46,380 nt of DNA from an uncultured Candidatus Saccharibacteria bacterium (GCA_964446535.1 CAYUOR010000004.1:1-46380), one strand, 5' to 3'. Counted from the stretch's first letter, positions 1 to 9,451 are shown. Program-made: numbers and translations. Notes: generated from the sequence alone by a model not told the origin.

Positions 1-185
1 CAAGAGTAGAGTCACTCGATATTTCGGTTCGCACCCAGCACGCCCTCTCTCTTGCCAATATTCGTACCGTTGGCGGTTTAGCTAGAAAGAAGGAGAAGGA
101 CCTTCTCGAAATCGCGGGCCTTGGTGCCAAGGGTCTTCAGGAGATAAAGAAAGCTCTCGGGGAGTTTGGTATTACTCTTAAATAA
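1..185 (+). CDS. rpoA: RNA polymerase alpha subunit, 3' end (partial, alpha-CTD)
   Basis: Frame from nt 3 reads RVESLDISVRTQHALSLANIRTVGGLARKKEKDLLEIAGLGAKGLQEIKKALGEFGITLK*, alpha-CTD-like (GLGAKGLQEI ~ NLGKKSLTEI); directly upstream of rplQ. Confidence 0.93.
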   Translation, partial: RVESLDISVRTQHALSLANIRTVGGLARKKEKDLLEIAGLGAKGLQEIKKALGEFGITLK

Positions 186-533
186 ATGCGACATCACAAG
201 GCAAACAGAAAATTCGGTCGAGAAAGGAGCCAGCGACGCGCCCTCATGCGTTCTCTGGCTTATTCTTTAGCACTTCGCGGCAAGATAAAAACAACCGAAC
301 CCAAAGCTAAGGAACTTCGTCCTTATATAGAAAAACTTATTACTCTAGGAAAAAAACAGACACTTGCGTCGCGCCGTGAACTGGAAGCAAGAGTGGGGAA
401 GGAAACCGCAAAAAAGATTGCCTTGGAGCTTTCAAAGACCTATAAAGACAGACGCGGTGGCTACACTCGGGTAGTAAAACTTGGTCCCAGAGCTTCCGAT
501 GCAAGCCCCATGGCTATAATAGAATTTGTATGA
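186..533 (+). CDS. rplQ: 50S ribosomal protein L17
   Basis: MRHHKANRKFGR...IKTTEPKAKELRPYIEKLIT...RRGGYTRVVK; follows rpoA. Confidence 0.98.
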   Translation: MRHHKANRKFGRERSQRRALMRSLAYSLALRGKIKTTEPKAKELRPYIEKLITLGKKQTLASRRELEARVGKETAKKIALELSKTYKDRRGGYTRVVKLGPRASDASPMAIIEFV

Positions 534-877
534 AAAAACACACGATAGACGCCAAAGGAAGAGTGCCTGGACGAGTAGCTACCGAGGTGGCGACTATACT
601 TATGGGTAAAAATAGAACTGATTTCGCAAGAAACAAGAACCCCGATGTTGAGGTCGAAGTTCTATCCGCATCAAAGATGACCCTCTCGCCAAAAAAACTT
701 AAAGAAAAAATGTATTATACGCATTCCGGCTACCCGGGTAACTTAAAAATTCGCTCTCAGGCGCAAATTGTTAGCACCAAGGGTGCTAGCGAGGTTCTCC
801 GACGGGCAGTTTACGGCATGCTGCCTAAGAATAAACTTCGCCCGAGGATGATGAAAAATCTGAAGATAAAAGAATAG
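530..877 (+). CDS. rplM: 50S ribosomal protein L13 (short form)
   Basis: IDAKGRVPGRVAT, YYTHSGYPGNLK, RAVYGMLPKNKL; precedes rpsI. Confidence 0.97.
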   Translation: MKKHTIDAKGRVPGRVATEVATILMGKNRTDFARNKNPDVEVEVLSASKMTLSPKKLKEKMYYTHSGYPGNLKIRSQAQIVSTKGASEVLRRAVYGMLPKNKLRPRMMKNLKIKE

Positions 878-880
878 AAA

Positions 881-1273
881 ATGGAGAAAAACAAGTATAC
901 AGAAGCGGTAGGAAGGAGAAAGACGAGCATAGCGCGGGTGCGTCTTTCCTCTGCTTCCAAAAACACAATTCTCATTAACGACAAGGACTTCGAAAAATAT
1001 TTTCCCACCCAGTCGCTTAAGCACACAGTTCTCTCCGTTTTTGAACACACGCCGGAGAAATTTTCGGTAACGGCAAAACTTGAAGGAGGCGGAATCTCAT
1101 CTCAAGCGGAAGCCCTGCGCCACGGAATCTCTCGTGCCCTGGTGGAGCTTGATCACAATATCCGCACCAAGCTTAAAACTAAAGGATTTTTAAAACGGGA
1201 TCCTCGCGCCAAAGAGCGCAGAAAGTTCGGTTTGAAGAAAGCGCGCAAGGCGCCACAGTGGTCTAAGAGATAA
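881..1273 (+). CDS. rpsI: 30S ribosomal protein S9
   Basis: AVGRRKTSIARV, GGGISSQAEALRHGISRAL, RDPRAKERRKFGLKKARKAPQWSKR. Confidence 0.98.
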   Translation: MEKNKYTEAVGRRKTSIARVRLSSASKNTILINDKDFEKYFPTQSLKHTVLSVFEHTPEKFSVTAKLEGGGISSQAEALRHGISRALVELDHNIRTKLKTKGFLKRDPRAKERRKFGLKKARKAPQWSKR

Positions 1274-1278
1274 ATCAT

Positions 1279-1803
1279 ATGAAAGAGGAAAACGACGACA
1301 TCGTAATTGAAGACGATCCGGAGTTTAAGGCCTCGACGAATACCGAGAAGAAACTTCGGGAGAAACTCAAACAGGCAGAGGCAAAAGCTAAGGAACATCT
1401 GGACGGCTGGCAAAGGGCTCAGGCGGACTTTGTAAATCTTCGTCGGCGCGACGAAGAATCAAAAGCAGAATTCGTGAAGTTCGCGCACTTAGGGCTTATT
1501 CAAGAACTTTTGCCGGTTCTCGACAGCTTCAATGCGGCCCTGGCTCAAGGGCTTGAAAATCTTCGCCCGCCCTTCGAACAGCTTCTCTCGGTATTGAGGT
1601 CTGTTGGACTTGAAGAAATAGAGCCGGTGGGAGAGAAATTCAGTCCGCACGAACATGAGGCGATAGCGACAGCGCCGGTAGAAAACGAAGGGGATGACCA
1701 CAAGGTACTTGAAGTTTTACAAAAAGGATATAAATTAAATGGAAAAATAATCCGACCAGCAAAGGTCAAGGTCGGAGAATTTATAAGTAATAAAGAAAAC
1801 TAA
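1279..1803 (+). CDS. grpE: nucleotide exchange factor GrpE
   Basis: [53 protein letters not shown]; upstream of dnaK. Confidence 0.97.
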   Translation: MKEENDDIVIEDDPEFKASTNTEKKLREKLKQAEAKAKEHLDGWQRAQADFVNLRRRDEESKAEFVKFAHLGLIQELLPVLDSFNAALAQGLENLRPPFEQLLSVLRSVGLEEIEPVGEKFSPHEHEAIATAPVENEGDDHKVLEVLQKGYKLNGKIIRPAKVKVGEFISNKEN

Positions 1804-1804
1804 T

Positions 1805-3709
1805 ATGGCAAAAATAATCGGCATAGATTTGGGAACAACGAACTCGGCTGTAGCAGTTATGGAGGCCGGCCAGCCGAAGATTATAGAAAACGCGGAAGGC
1901 GCGAGGACTACTCCGTCTATAGCCGCGGTTTCCAAGACGGGTGATCGCCTGGTCGGCCTTTTGGCAAAGCGCCAGGCTGTAACCAATCCTAAAAACACTA
2001 TTTTCGGCATCAAGCGCTTTATCGGCCATACCTTCTCCGATCCGGGCGTACAGAAAGATAAGACAACCGTGCCTTACGAGATTTCGGCCGCCGCCGATGG
2101 TTCGGTAATGGTAAAACTTGCCGACAAAGACTATCGACCAGAAGAGGTTTCCGCGATGATTTTACAGAAATTAAAGGCCGATGCCGAAGCCAAACTTGGT
2201 GAAAAAATAACCGAAGCCATCATCACGGTACCCGCCTACTTCAACGACGCCCAGAGAAAGGCGACTAAGGACGCGGGGCAGATTGCCGGCCTTGAGGTAA
2301 AAAGAATTATCAACGAACCGACTGCCGCCGCTCTCGCTTACGGCTTTAATAAAAAGAAGAACGAAAAAATTGCCGTCTTTGACTTCGGTGGCGGTACCTT
2401 TGATATCTCCATCCTTGAGGTTGGAGACGATGTTGTTGAAGTCAAATCAACCGATGGCGACTCACATCTTGGTGGTAAAGATATTGACCAGAAAGTTCTC
2501 AATTACATTGCAGAAGAATTTAAAAAAGAGTCGGGGATCGATGTGCGCTCGGACGCCCTTGCTCTTCAGCGCCTTGATGAAGCCGCAGAAAAGGCGAAAA
2601 TCGAACTCTCAACCGCCACCGAAACCGAAATAAATATCCCGTTTGTAACCTCCGACTCTTCGGGACCTCGACACCTCTTAATGAAGCTCTCAAGGGCAAA
2701 GCTCGACGAGCTTTCTCGCGAGTTTGTTGACCGCGCTATGGAAATCACCAAGCGCGCCATGGACTCCTCACCCTTTAAGACAGGCGATCTAAACGAAGTC
2801 ATTCTTGTCGGCGGACAGACGAGGCAACCTTTGATAGTTGATGCCGTCAGAAAATTTTTCGGCAAAGAGCCGAACAAGTCCATAAACCCGGACGAAGTCG
2901 TGGCTCTCGGCGCCGCTATTCAGGGCGGCATTCTTGCCGGCGATGTTAAGGACGTCCTACTTCTTGATGTTATTCCGCTTTCTCTCGGGATAGAAACTAT
3001 GGGTGGTGTCGCCACGAAACTTATAGAAAAAAATACGACAATTCCCTCGGCGAAGGCGCAGGTCTTCTCCACGGCCGCTGATAGTCAGACCTCCGTGGAG
3101 ATTCACATAGTGCAGGGCGAGCGCGCCATGGCAGGGGATAATAAATCCTTGGGTCGATTTATTCTTGACGGCATTCCGCCCGCTCCTCGCGGTGTGCCGC
3201 AGATTGAGGTTACTTTTGACGTTGATGCCAACGGCATCTTAAATGTTAAAGCGAAGGATAAGGCAACAGGCAAAGAGCAGTCTATAAGAATAGAAGCAAG
3301 CTCCGGATTATCAAAGGAGGAGATAGACAGAATGCAGAAAGATGCCGAAGCAAATGCCGCCGAAGATCAGAAGAAAAAAGATCTAGTAGACGCAAAAAAC
3401 TTGGCCGAACAACTTGTTTATACCGCTGAAAAAGCCCTTAAAGACGCGCCGACAGTACCGGAAGATATTAAAACCAGTGTTAATGACAAAATAGCGGCGT
3501 TGAAAAAAGACCTGTCTGCACAGGCAGGAAAAGATGGTGGCAACCTTGATTCCATAAAGGCCGCCTCTCAAGCACTCTCGACGGAGATGCAGAAAATCGG
3601 TGAATATCTTTCGAAGAATCCTCCGCAAGGGAATGAAGCGCCAAAGCAGGATGGCGAGGTCAAAGATGCTGAAATAAAAGAGGATAAAAAAGACGAAGAA
3701 AATAAATAA
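1805..3709 (+). CDS. dnaK: chaperone DnaK (Hsp70)
   Basis: [44 protein letters not shown]. Confidence 0.99.
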   Translation: MAKIIGIDLGTTNSAVAVMEAGQPKIIENAEGARTTPSIAAVSKTGDRLVGLLAKRQAVTNPKNTIFGIKRFIGHTFSDPGVQKDKTTVPYEISAAADGSVMVKLADKDYRPEEVSAMILQKLKADAEAKLGEKITEAIITVPAYFNDAQRKATKDAGQIAGLEVKRIINEPTAAALAYGFNKKKNEKIAVFDFGGGTFDISILEVGDDVVEVKSTDGDSHLGGKDIDQKVLNYIAEEFKKESGIDVRSDALALQRLDEAAEKAKIELSTATETEINIPFVTSDSSGPRHLLMKLSRAKLDELSREFVDRAMEITKRAMDSSPFKTGDLNEVILVGGQTRQPLIVDAVRKFFGKEPNKSINPDEVVALGAAIQGGILAGDVKDVLLLDVIPLSLGIETMGGVATKLIEKNTTIPSAKAQVFSTAADSQTSVEIHIVQGERAMAGDNKSLGRFILDGIPPAPRGVPQIEVTFDVDANGILNVKAKDKATGKEQSIRIEASSGLSKEEIDRMQKDAEANAAEDQKKKDLVDAKNLAEQLVYTAEKALKDAPTVPEDIKTSVNDKIAALKKDLSAQAGKDGGNLDSIKAASQALSTEMQKIGEYLSKNPPQGNEAPKQDGEVKDAEIKEDKKDEENK

Positions 3710-4596
3710 TGAAGGACTATTACAAAATCTTGGGAGTAGAAAAGAATGCTTCCGAGGAGGACATAAAGAAGGCCTTCAGGAAATTGGCGCACACTTACCA
3801 TCCCGATAAGGCGGGGGGTAACGAGGCGAAGTTTAAGGAAGTAAGCGAAGCTTACTCCGTGCTCTCGGATAAAAAGAAGCGTGCCCAGTATGACGCCTTT
3901 GGTCAGGCGGGTGCCGGTGGTTTCCAGGGTGCCTATGGCGGCGCTGGATTTAATCCTTCCGATTTCGGCTTTGATTTCTCCGGCTTTGGCAATGCCGGCT
4001 TTGATGCTGGGGATCTTGGCGATATTCTTTCTTCTATTTTCGGCGGTAGGCGCGTGAGACGCGGTCGAGACATCGCGGTTGATATCGAGCTTTCGTTTCA
4101 AGAATCAATTTTCGGCGCCGAGCGCAAGGTCGTGATAAATTCTAAATTAGTAAAACAAAAAGAAGTTTCTATAAGTGTCCCGCCCGGTATTGATGACGGA
4201 CAGATGATTCGTCTTAACGGCCAGGGAGAGCTTCTCGAAGGAGGGGTGCCTGGAGATCTTTACGTCAAAGTGCATGTTAGGAAACATCCCTATCTTAGGA
4301 AGGAAGGGTATAACCTCCTTATGGATTTGGAAGTTAAACTTTCCGAAGCCATCTTGGGTTCGGAACGCACGATTCATACTCTAGACGGGGAAGTTACTTT
4401 GAAGATTCCGGCAGGCACTCGCCACGGTACGATTTTAAGGGTGAAGAGTAAGGGCGTACCGTACGCCGCGTTACAACCCGGGAGCACCTCTAAAGCGCGC
4501 GGGGATTTATACATTCGCATTTCTGTCCAGATTCCCGACAAACTTTCTAAGGATACGAAGAAACTTATTGAAGAGCTTAAGAAACTCGGACTCTAG
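3709..4596 (+). CDS. dnaJ: DnaJ-family co-chaperone, class B (no zinc finger)
   Basis: J-domain with HPD, G/F-rich linker and C-terminal domain; no CxxCxGxG repeats; overlaps the dnaK stop. Confidence 0.9.
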   Translation: MKDYYKILGVEKNASEEDIKKAFRKLAHTYHPDKAGGNEAKFKEVSEAYSVLSDKKKRAQYDAFGQAGAGGFQGAYGGAGFNPSDFGFDFSGFGNAGFDAGDLGDILSSIFGGRRVRRGRDIAVDIELSFQESIFGAERKVVINSKLVKQKEVSISVPPGIDDGQMIRLNGQGELLEGGVPGDLYVKVHVRKHPYLRKEGYNLLMDLEVKLSEAILGSERTIHTLDGEVTLKIPAGTRHGTILRVKSKGVPYAALQPGSTSKARGDLYIRISVQIPDKLSKDTKKLIEELKKLGL

Positions 4597-4603
4597 TTTA
4601 CCC

Positions 4604-4631
4604 TTGACATAGAGCCATTTTATATTATAGT
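4604..4631 (+). promoter_or_regulatory. sigma70-type promoter TTGACA-16-TATAGT
   Basis: TTGACA 4604-4609, TATAGT 4626-4631; AAGGAG at 4661-4666 precedes ATG 4674. Confidence 0.7.
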
Positions 4632-4673
4632 TCTTCGCGGAACGGGTTAATTTGACCCAAAAGGAGCTTTGAA

Positions 4674-5420
4674 ATGAAGAGTCTTTACGTGCTTTTTCTT
4701 CTGCCGTTCGCGGCCCTTGCTGGTACGCCGAACGACGGTCCGCCTGAGAATCCTCCGCAGGAGCCACTGTCCTGGGAACAGGTCATCAAGATGAACCCAA
4801 ACCAGGAAGTCGGGGTTGAGACGAAGGTGGATACCGCCACGGTCGTCAAGACGGAGGTGGAGAACACCAACGTCAACAAGGTCGACGGCGGCGATGCCAC
4901 AGCAATCGCCAATGGCGGCGAAGGTGGGCAGGGCGGCGAGGGCGGCGACGCAATCGTCGGCCCCATAAATGTCACGGGCGGTGGGGTGAACATCAACCAT
5001 CCGCGGCAGCCAGTTGCATCAGCCTACGCACCGTCGAACTATCCGTCAGCCATGTGCCAGGCGAGTATTTCGGCAGGTGCACAGTTCAAGTTTTTCGGAT
5101 TTTCTTTCGGGAAGAACTACACAGTTCTGGAATCCTGTCTCATGGTTCTCGCTCAACAGTGGATGGCTATGGGAGAGTACGCTCTTGCTTGCGAGGCACT
5201 CATGGCGACCAAGTCCGCCGATCGAGCCCATGACCCGAAGAACGATGAAAAGATCAGGGAGAGGTGTGCCAATGTTCATGGTCCTGCACCACAAGGAACG
5301 ACTGCATCCGCACCGCAGATCATCATGGTGGCGATTCCGGTACAACAGGGCCAACAGTCACCGCCATTGACGGTGGAACACCTCAACCAGGCGTTCGAGC
5401 AAGCCATGAAGAACAAGTAG
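4674..5420 (+). CDS. secreted hypothetical protein (signal peptide, Gly-rich linker, Cys-containing domain)
   Basis: 248 aa ORF with SD, promoter and terminator; MKSLYVLFLLPFAALA signal-like N-terminus; GGEGGQGGEGG; four Cys. Confidence 0.8.
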   Translation: MKSLYVLFLLPFAALAGTPNDGPPENPPQEPLSWEQVIKMNPNQEVGVETKVDTATVVKTEVENTNVNKVDGGDATAIANGGEGGQGGEGGDAIVGPINVTGGGVNINHPRQPVASAYAPSNYPSAMCQASISAGAQFKFFGFSFGKNYTVLESCLMVLAQQWMAMGEYALACEALMATKSADRAHDPKNDEKIRERCANVHGPAPQGTTASAPQIIMVAIPVQQGQQSPPLTVEHLNQAFEQAMKNK

Positions 5421-5442
5421 CTCTCGCTCTTTTTGAAACCTC

Positions 5443-5480
5443 AAGGTCGGTTCGGCTAAGCCGAACCGACCTTTATTTTT
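5443..5480 (+). terminator. intrinsic terminator
   Basis: Perfect 14-bp stem AAGGTCGGTTCGGC / GCCGAACCGACCTT with a TAA loop, then TATTTTT. Confidence 0.9.
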
Positions 5481-5485
5481 ATGTA

Positions 5486-5515
5486 TTGACACAATGGCTA
5501 GTTTTTCTGTATAAA
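5486..5515 (+). promoter_or_regulatory. sigma70-type promoter TTGACA-18-TATAAA
   Basis: TTGACA 5486-5491, TATAAA 5510-5515. Confidence 0.7.
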
Positions 5516-5561
5516 GTATGCAGATTTAGGTTTTTCTGTGAGCAACAAGGAGGTGAGAGAA

Positions 5562-5681
5562 ATGCTCAAGTTTTTCAGTCTGGTTGGCCCTGGAGACGAA
5601 GGTGACGACGGCGACGGGTGCGAACACGACGACTACGGCGAGGAGAGTGGTCCCGACTCTCCGCCGAACGATGATGGCTAG
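5562..5681 (+). CDS. small acidic protein, 39 aa (not in ORF track)
   Basis: AAGGAGGTGA SD at 5547-5556, ATG 5562; MLKFFSLVGPGDEGDDGDGCEHDDYGEESGPDSPPNDDG*; own promoter and terminator. Confidence 0.72.
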   Translation: MLKFFSLVGPGDEGDDGDGCEHDDYGEESGPDSPPNDDG

Positions 5682-5695
5682 CCGCCATCATCTCA

Positions 5696-5739
5696 GACGG
5701 GTCAGTACGGTTTAACCTAACTGACCCGTCATTTTTTTT
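5696..5739 (+). terminator. intrinsic terminator
   Basis: 11-bp perfect stem GACGGGTCAGT / ACTGACCCGTC followed by ATTTTTTTT. Confidence 0.85.
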
Positions 5740-6323
5740 ATGACATTGTCTGGTCCAATTTCTTCCGCCAATTCTTTTGCTCGAGTGTACTCTTTCGAAG
5801 GGTGCTTACTTTTTGGTGTTACGGCTATTTGCCATAGTTCTTCATCTAATACTTTTCTTAACACAGCATAAACAATCACGTGGTTATTTGTGGTAATAGA
5901 CTCTTTTTCATCAAATGTAAATCTCGGAACATTATTAATAGTCAAAATACGATGGACAAGCTCGTGTGTTAAAGATACAACGAACTCTTTCGGTGACAAA
6001 CCACTTTTTATTATTAAAGGGTGACTACAATCTCTTGGTGTGCCACTGACAATGTATACATCTATAACGTCTCTATTAAAAGACATATTTAAACACTTCG
6101 AAATTTTCTCTAACATCTTGTATTTACTCCACTCTTCTCTAAATGATGCAATTTTCTTATCTATTTGTTCTCTTGTCGGAGGGGTCCAAGTATCCCAGCC
6201 AAACTTTTTAGCATCAGGATAATTTTGACAGTAAAAAATAAAGAAAGGATCTATCAGCCGTCCGTACTGTATTAAGATTTTTGGCTCTTTCTTACTACCG
6301 AGAATTTTTCTTAGAAAGTCCAT
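5712..6323 (-). CDS. hypothetical protein with HExxH motif (possible zincin-like metalloprotein)
   Basis: LTHELVHR motif; likely start MDFLRK at 6323, 8 nt after TGnTATTCT (ORF track extends to 6386). Confidence 0.7.
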   Translation of the reverse strand: MDFLRKILGSKKEPKILIQYGRLIDPFFIFYCQNYPDAKKFGWDTWTPPTREQIDKKIASFREEWSKYKMLEKISKCLNMSFNRDVIDVYIVSGTPRDCSHPLIIKSGLSPKEFVVSLTHELVHRILTINNVPRFTFDEKESITTNNHVIVYAVLRKVLDEELWQIAVTPKSKHPSKEYTRAKELAEEIGPDNVIKKMTGQLG

Positions 6324-6390
6324 GATTAGAGAGAATATCACCGAAACTGCCTTTAAACAAGGATAAGTTCGGCGTGGTATTATCAACCAT

Positions 6391-7044
6391 ATGAATTCCT
6401 CTATGTCTGAACTGGGCTATATATTTACTCTAGGATCTTTGAATATCGGAATTGTGGAAACTCTTTTGTTTCTCGCTTCAGGAGTTTTCGGTGTTATAGC
6501 GTATCGGTTCTATTTTAAAGACATAGTTAATTCGGTAATTCGTCCAAACCGATGGTCGTGGCTTATTTTCTGTATTGCCACCCTGTTGGAAGTATTAACA
6601 TACAACGAAGTTTCTGGAGATTTAGTTAAATCATCTCTTTTCTTTATTTCCGCGGTTGCCACTTTTATTATTGCAGGACTTCTTTGGTCAAGATCAACAT
6701 GGAAAAAACCCGATTGGACAGAATTTATTTGTCTTGCGGCTTCCGTAATCTCTCTTGTTTTGTGGCTTGGTTTTCACGAAACACTTTGGGCCCATATTAT
6801 GCTGGTTATTGCAATACCAATATCGTTTATTCCTATATATAGAGACTCTTGGAACGATTGGCGTTGCGAGGATACTGTCGCGTGGCAACTATGGACGTAT
6901 GGAGATCTACTCGCGGTTTTCCTAGTTCTCACCAGGCTTGATAAGTTAGAAGAACTTCCATTTGCTATAGTCGAATTTTTGTCCCATGCGACGGTTTGGA
7001 TTCTCGTGAGTCGTGGTAAAAAATCATTAAATAAATCTTATTGA
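6391..7044 (+). CDS. polytopic membrane protein
   Basis: 217 aa with about 6-7 hydrophobic segments; TGnTATTAT 7 nt upstream. Confidence 0.75.
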   Translation: MNSSMSELGYIFTLGSLNIGIVETLLFLASGVFGVIAYRFYFKDIVNSVIRPNRWSWLIFCIATLLEVLTYNEVSGDLVKSSLFFISAVATFIIAGLLWSRSTWKKPDWTEFICLAASVISLVLWLGFHETLWAHIMLVIAIPISFIPIYRDSWNDWRCEDTVAWQLWTYGDLLAVFLVLTRLDKLEELPFAIVEFLSHATVWILVSRGKKSLNKSY

Positions 7045-7067
7045 CAACAGCGAGGTTTTGCTACAAT
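7041..7067 (+). promoter_or_regulatory. promoter for a leaderless transcript of the SET gene
   Basis: TTGACA 7041-7046, TGnTACAAT ending 7067, ATG 7 nt later. Confidence 0.6.
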
Positions 7068-7074
7068 GGGGTAG

Positions 7075-7593
7075 ATGGAGTTAAAGATTTTCGATAACTA
7101 CACTCTCGGAAAAAATCATTTAGGAAAAGCAGTCTTTGCGGCGAGAAATTATAAAAAAGACGATGTTATCGTCAAATTTGATGGACCAATTGTTCACAAA
7201 AATGAAGTTCCCAAAAATTTATTTAAACAAAACGATAGATACATGCAGATTAGCCCAACCAAATTTTTAGGTCCGTCTAACACAACTGACGATTTCATTA
7301 ACCACTCATGCAACCCAAACGCCGGTTTAATGTTTTACGACTTCGGTATTTTACTTGTGGCAATCAGGCCCATAAAGAAAGGGGAAGAAATAACTTGGGA
7401 CTATTCAACAACGCTATACAAAAACCCATGGACCATGGCATGTCTGTGCCGTTCAAAAAATTGCAGAAAGGTTATTAAAGAATTTAAATATTTACCAGAA
7501 AAAACTAAAAAAAAGTATCTAAGACTGCAAGTTCTTCCAGATTATATTGTTAAACAAATAAAAGGGGGTGTGCATAGTAAGAGTAAAAAATGA
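7075..7593 (+). CDS. SET-domain protein (putative lysine methyltransferase) with post-SET Cys motif
   Basis: GKAVFA, FINHSCNPNA, AIRPIKKGEEITWDY, CLCRSKNC. Confidence 0.92.
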   Translation: MELKIFDNYTLGKNHLGKAVFAARNYKKDDVIVKFDGPIVHKNEVPKNLFKQNDRYMQISPTKFLGPSNTTDDFINHSCNPNAGLMFYDFGILLVAIRPIKKGEEITWDYSTTLYKNPWTMACLCRSKNCRKVIKEFKYLPEKTKKKYLRLQVLPDYIVKQIKGGVHSKSKK

Positions 7594-7609
7594 GTCTATA
7601 ATGATAACC

Positions 7610-7804
7610 ATGAATATAAAAAAGGGGATTGAGCACCATTTTGCTTTCTGGTTCTTAGTATGGGTAATATATGCTCTTTCAATTGCACTTTCATTTGAGC
7701 GTATCTACATATCGCAAGATTTCCCCGTGTTTTACGCAGAAGAAGAAATACCAGATCCACTTACCCCTATTAGAGGACTTCTTGATCTTTTTACACCAAA
7801 ATGA
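7610..7804 (+). CDS. small single-pass membrane protein
   Basis: ATG 7610 lies 7 nt after TATAAT (7597-7602); hydrophobic FAFWFLVWVIYALSIALSF; ATGA overlap with the kinase. Confidence 0.6.
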   Translation: MNIKKGIEHHFAFWFLVWVIYALSIALSFERIYISQDFPVFYAEEEIPDPLTPIRGLLDLFTPK

Positions 7805-9426
7805 ACTGTGAATGGGATACCGCGCGGTTTCTGATTTTTTCTGACAACGGCATACCGCTCCTTTATTACTCTCACCTAACTTCTGTTGCAATCTTTATTG
7901 GTTTGTTTTTACTGACTTTTCTGAAGCTTAAACCATGGCCCAAGGGCGCATTTCGCTTAATGATTATTTCTTATGTGATATGGCTTCTGGGTGACCTTGT
8001 GCTTTGGGGTAATGAAAGGATGGATCATGTTATGTTTTTCTGGACCATTGTTAACCTTGTTGAGCCGATAATTTTCGCGGCCGCCTATATACACTTTGTC
8101 TCTTTTACAGATCAGAGAAAGTCAACCAACAAAGAGAAGATATTAATATTCATCCTATTAATCCCCACAGCAATAATGGCCCCGCTCGGCCTTTCGACAA
8201 TAGGCTTTGATTATACAAACTGTGACAGAAATGTCGTCGAAGGAATTGCCGCCTACTATAACTATTTTCTCGAGGCCATATTTATTGTCCTAATACTTGT
8301 ACATGCTGCAAAGAAGTTTATCTTATTAAAAGAACACCGACACCAAATATATCGCCTCGTCTGGGCAACTGGAAGTCTCGCCATACTCCTAACGTCGTTT
8401 TTGTTCGCCAACTTCTTTGGCACATATTTTGTTGCTTATGAAATAAGCCAACTTGGTCACGTTGCCGTCCCTATTTTTGCAGCCCTTCTGGCCTATATAA
8501 CTGTAAGATTTGACACCCTGGAATCTAGGATCTTGCTTATAGACGTTCTGACCTCAAGTCTCATTATTCTGATATTCTCACTTTTATTTATTAGAAATGA
8601 AGACGCACAAACTGTGGTTGTCTTAGTATCATTGGCCCTATCAATACCAATGGCCTATACTCTGATGTCTGGTATTAGAAAGGAAGTACACTCAAGACAG
8701 CGCATAGAACAACTCGCGGGCGATTTAAGGCGCGCCAACGAAGGTCAGCAGAATCTTATTCACATCATTAACCATCAGATTAAGGGTTACCTGGCGAAGG
8801 CGAGAAACATTTTCTCCGAACTTCTTGACGACCCGTCCTACGGCCCGATTCCTGACGCCTCCAAGCCGATGCTTGAAGAGGGTTTCAAGTCTCTTACCGA
8901 AGGTGTGGACTTCGTCAAAGACTTCCTGGACGCCTCAAATATTGAAAAGGGTTCCTACGCCTTTAGTGTTGTGCCTATAGATTTTAGAGAAATGGTTAAA
9001 GAAACAGCCGAGAAGCAGAAAACTCTGGCAGAGGAAAGAAAACTTTCCTATGAGGTAAAAATTGAAGACGGTGACTACAACACTAAGGGCGACAAGCTCC
9101 AGCTCGGGCAGGCGGTGAAAAATCTTATAGACAATTCTCTCCGCTACACTCTTGAGGGTGGAGTCTCCATTAATCTCTCTCGCAAGGACGACAAGATTCT
9201 TTTGTCTGTAAAAGATACTGGTGTCGGTATCTCGGAAGAGCTGAAGCCGAAACTTTTCACACAAGGTGGGCGGGATAAAAATTCAATCAAGATAAATATC
9301 AACTCAACCGGCTTTGGTCTCTCATTCGTCAAGTCTGTTGTCGAGGCGCACAAGGGTCGCGTCTGGGCCGAATCCGAAGGGGTTAACAAGGGCTCCACTT
9401 TCTACATGGAGTTACCCGTAACATAG
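7801..9426 (+). CDS. sensor histidine kinase with N-terminal multi-TM domain
   Basis: About 7-9 TM segments; H-box IINHQIKGYL; N box KNLIDNS, G1 VKDTGVGI, G2 STGFGL, GSTF. Confidence 0.93.
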   Translation: MNCEWDTARFLIFSDNGIPLLYYSHLTSVAIFIGLFLLTFLKLKPWPKGAFRLMIISYVIWLLGDLVLWGNERMDHVMFFWTIVNLVEPIIFAAAYIHFVSFTDQRKSTNKEKILIFILLIPTAIMAPLGLSTIGFDYTNCDRNVVEGIAAYYNYFLEAIFIVLILVHAAKKFILLKEHRHQIYRLVWATGSLAILLTSFLFANFFGTYFVAYEISQLGHVAVPIFAALLAYITVRFDTLESRILLIDVLTSSLIILIFSLLFIRNEDAQTVVVLVSLALSIPMAYTLMSGIRKEVHSRQRIEQLAGDLRRANEGQQNLIHIINHQIKGYLAKARNIFSELLDDPSYGPIPDASKPMLEEGFKSLTEGVDFVKDFLDASNIEKGSYAFSVVPIDFREMVKETAEKQKTLAEERKLSYEVKIEDGDYNTKGDKLQLGQAVKNLIDNSLRYTLEGGVSINLSRKDDKILLSVKDTGVGISEELKPKLFTQGGRDKNSIKININSTGFGLSFVKSVVEAHKGRVWAESEGVNKGSTFYMELPVT

Positions 9427-9451
9427 TTTTCTCACTTCTAGCCACCCCCTG

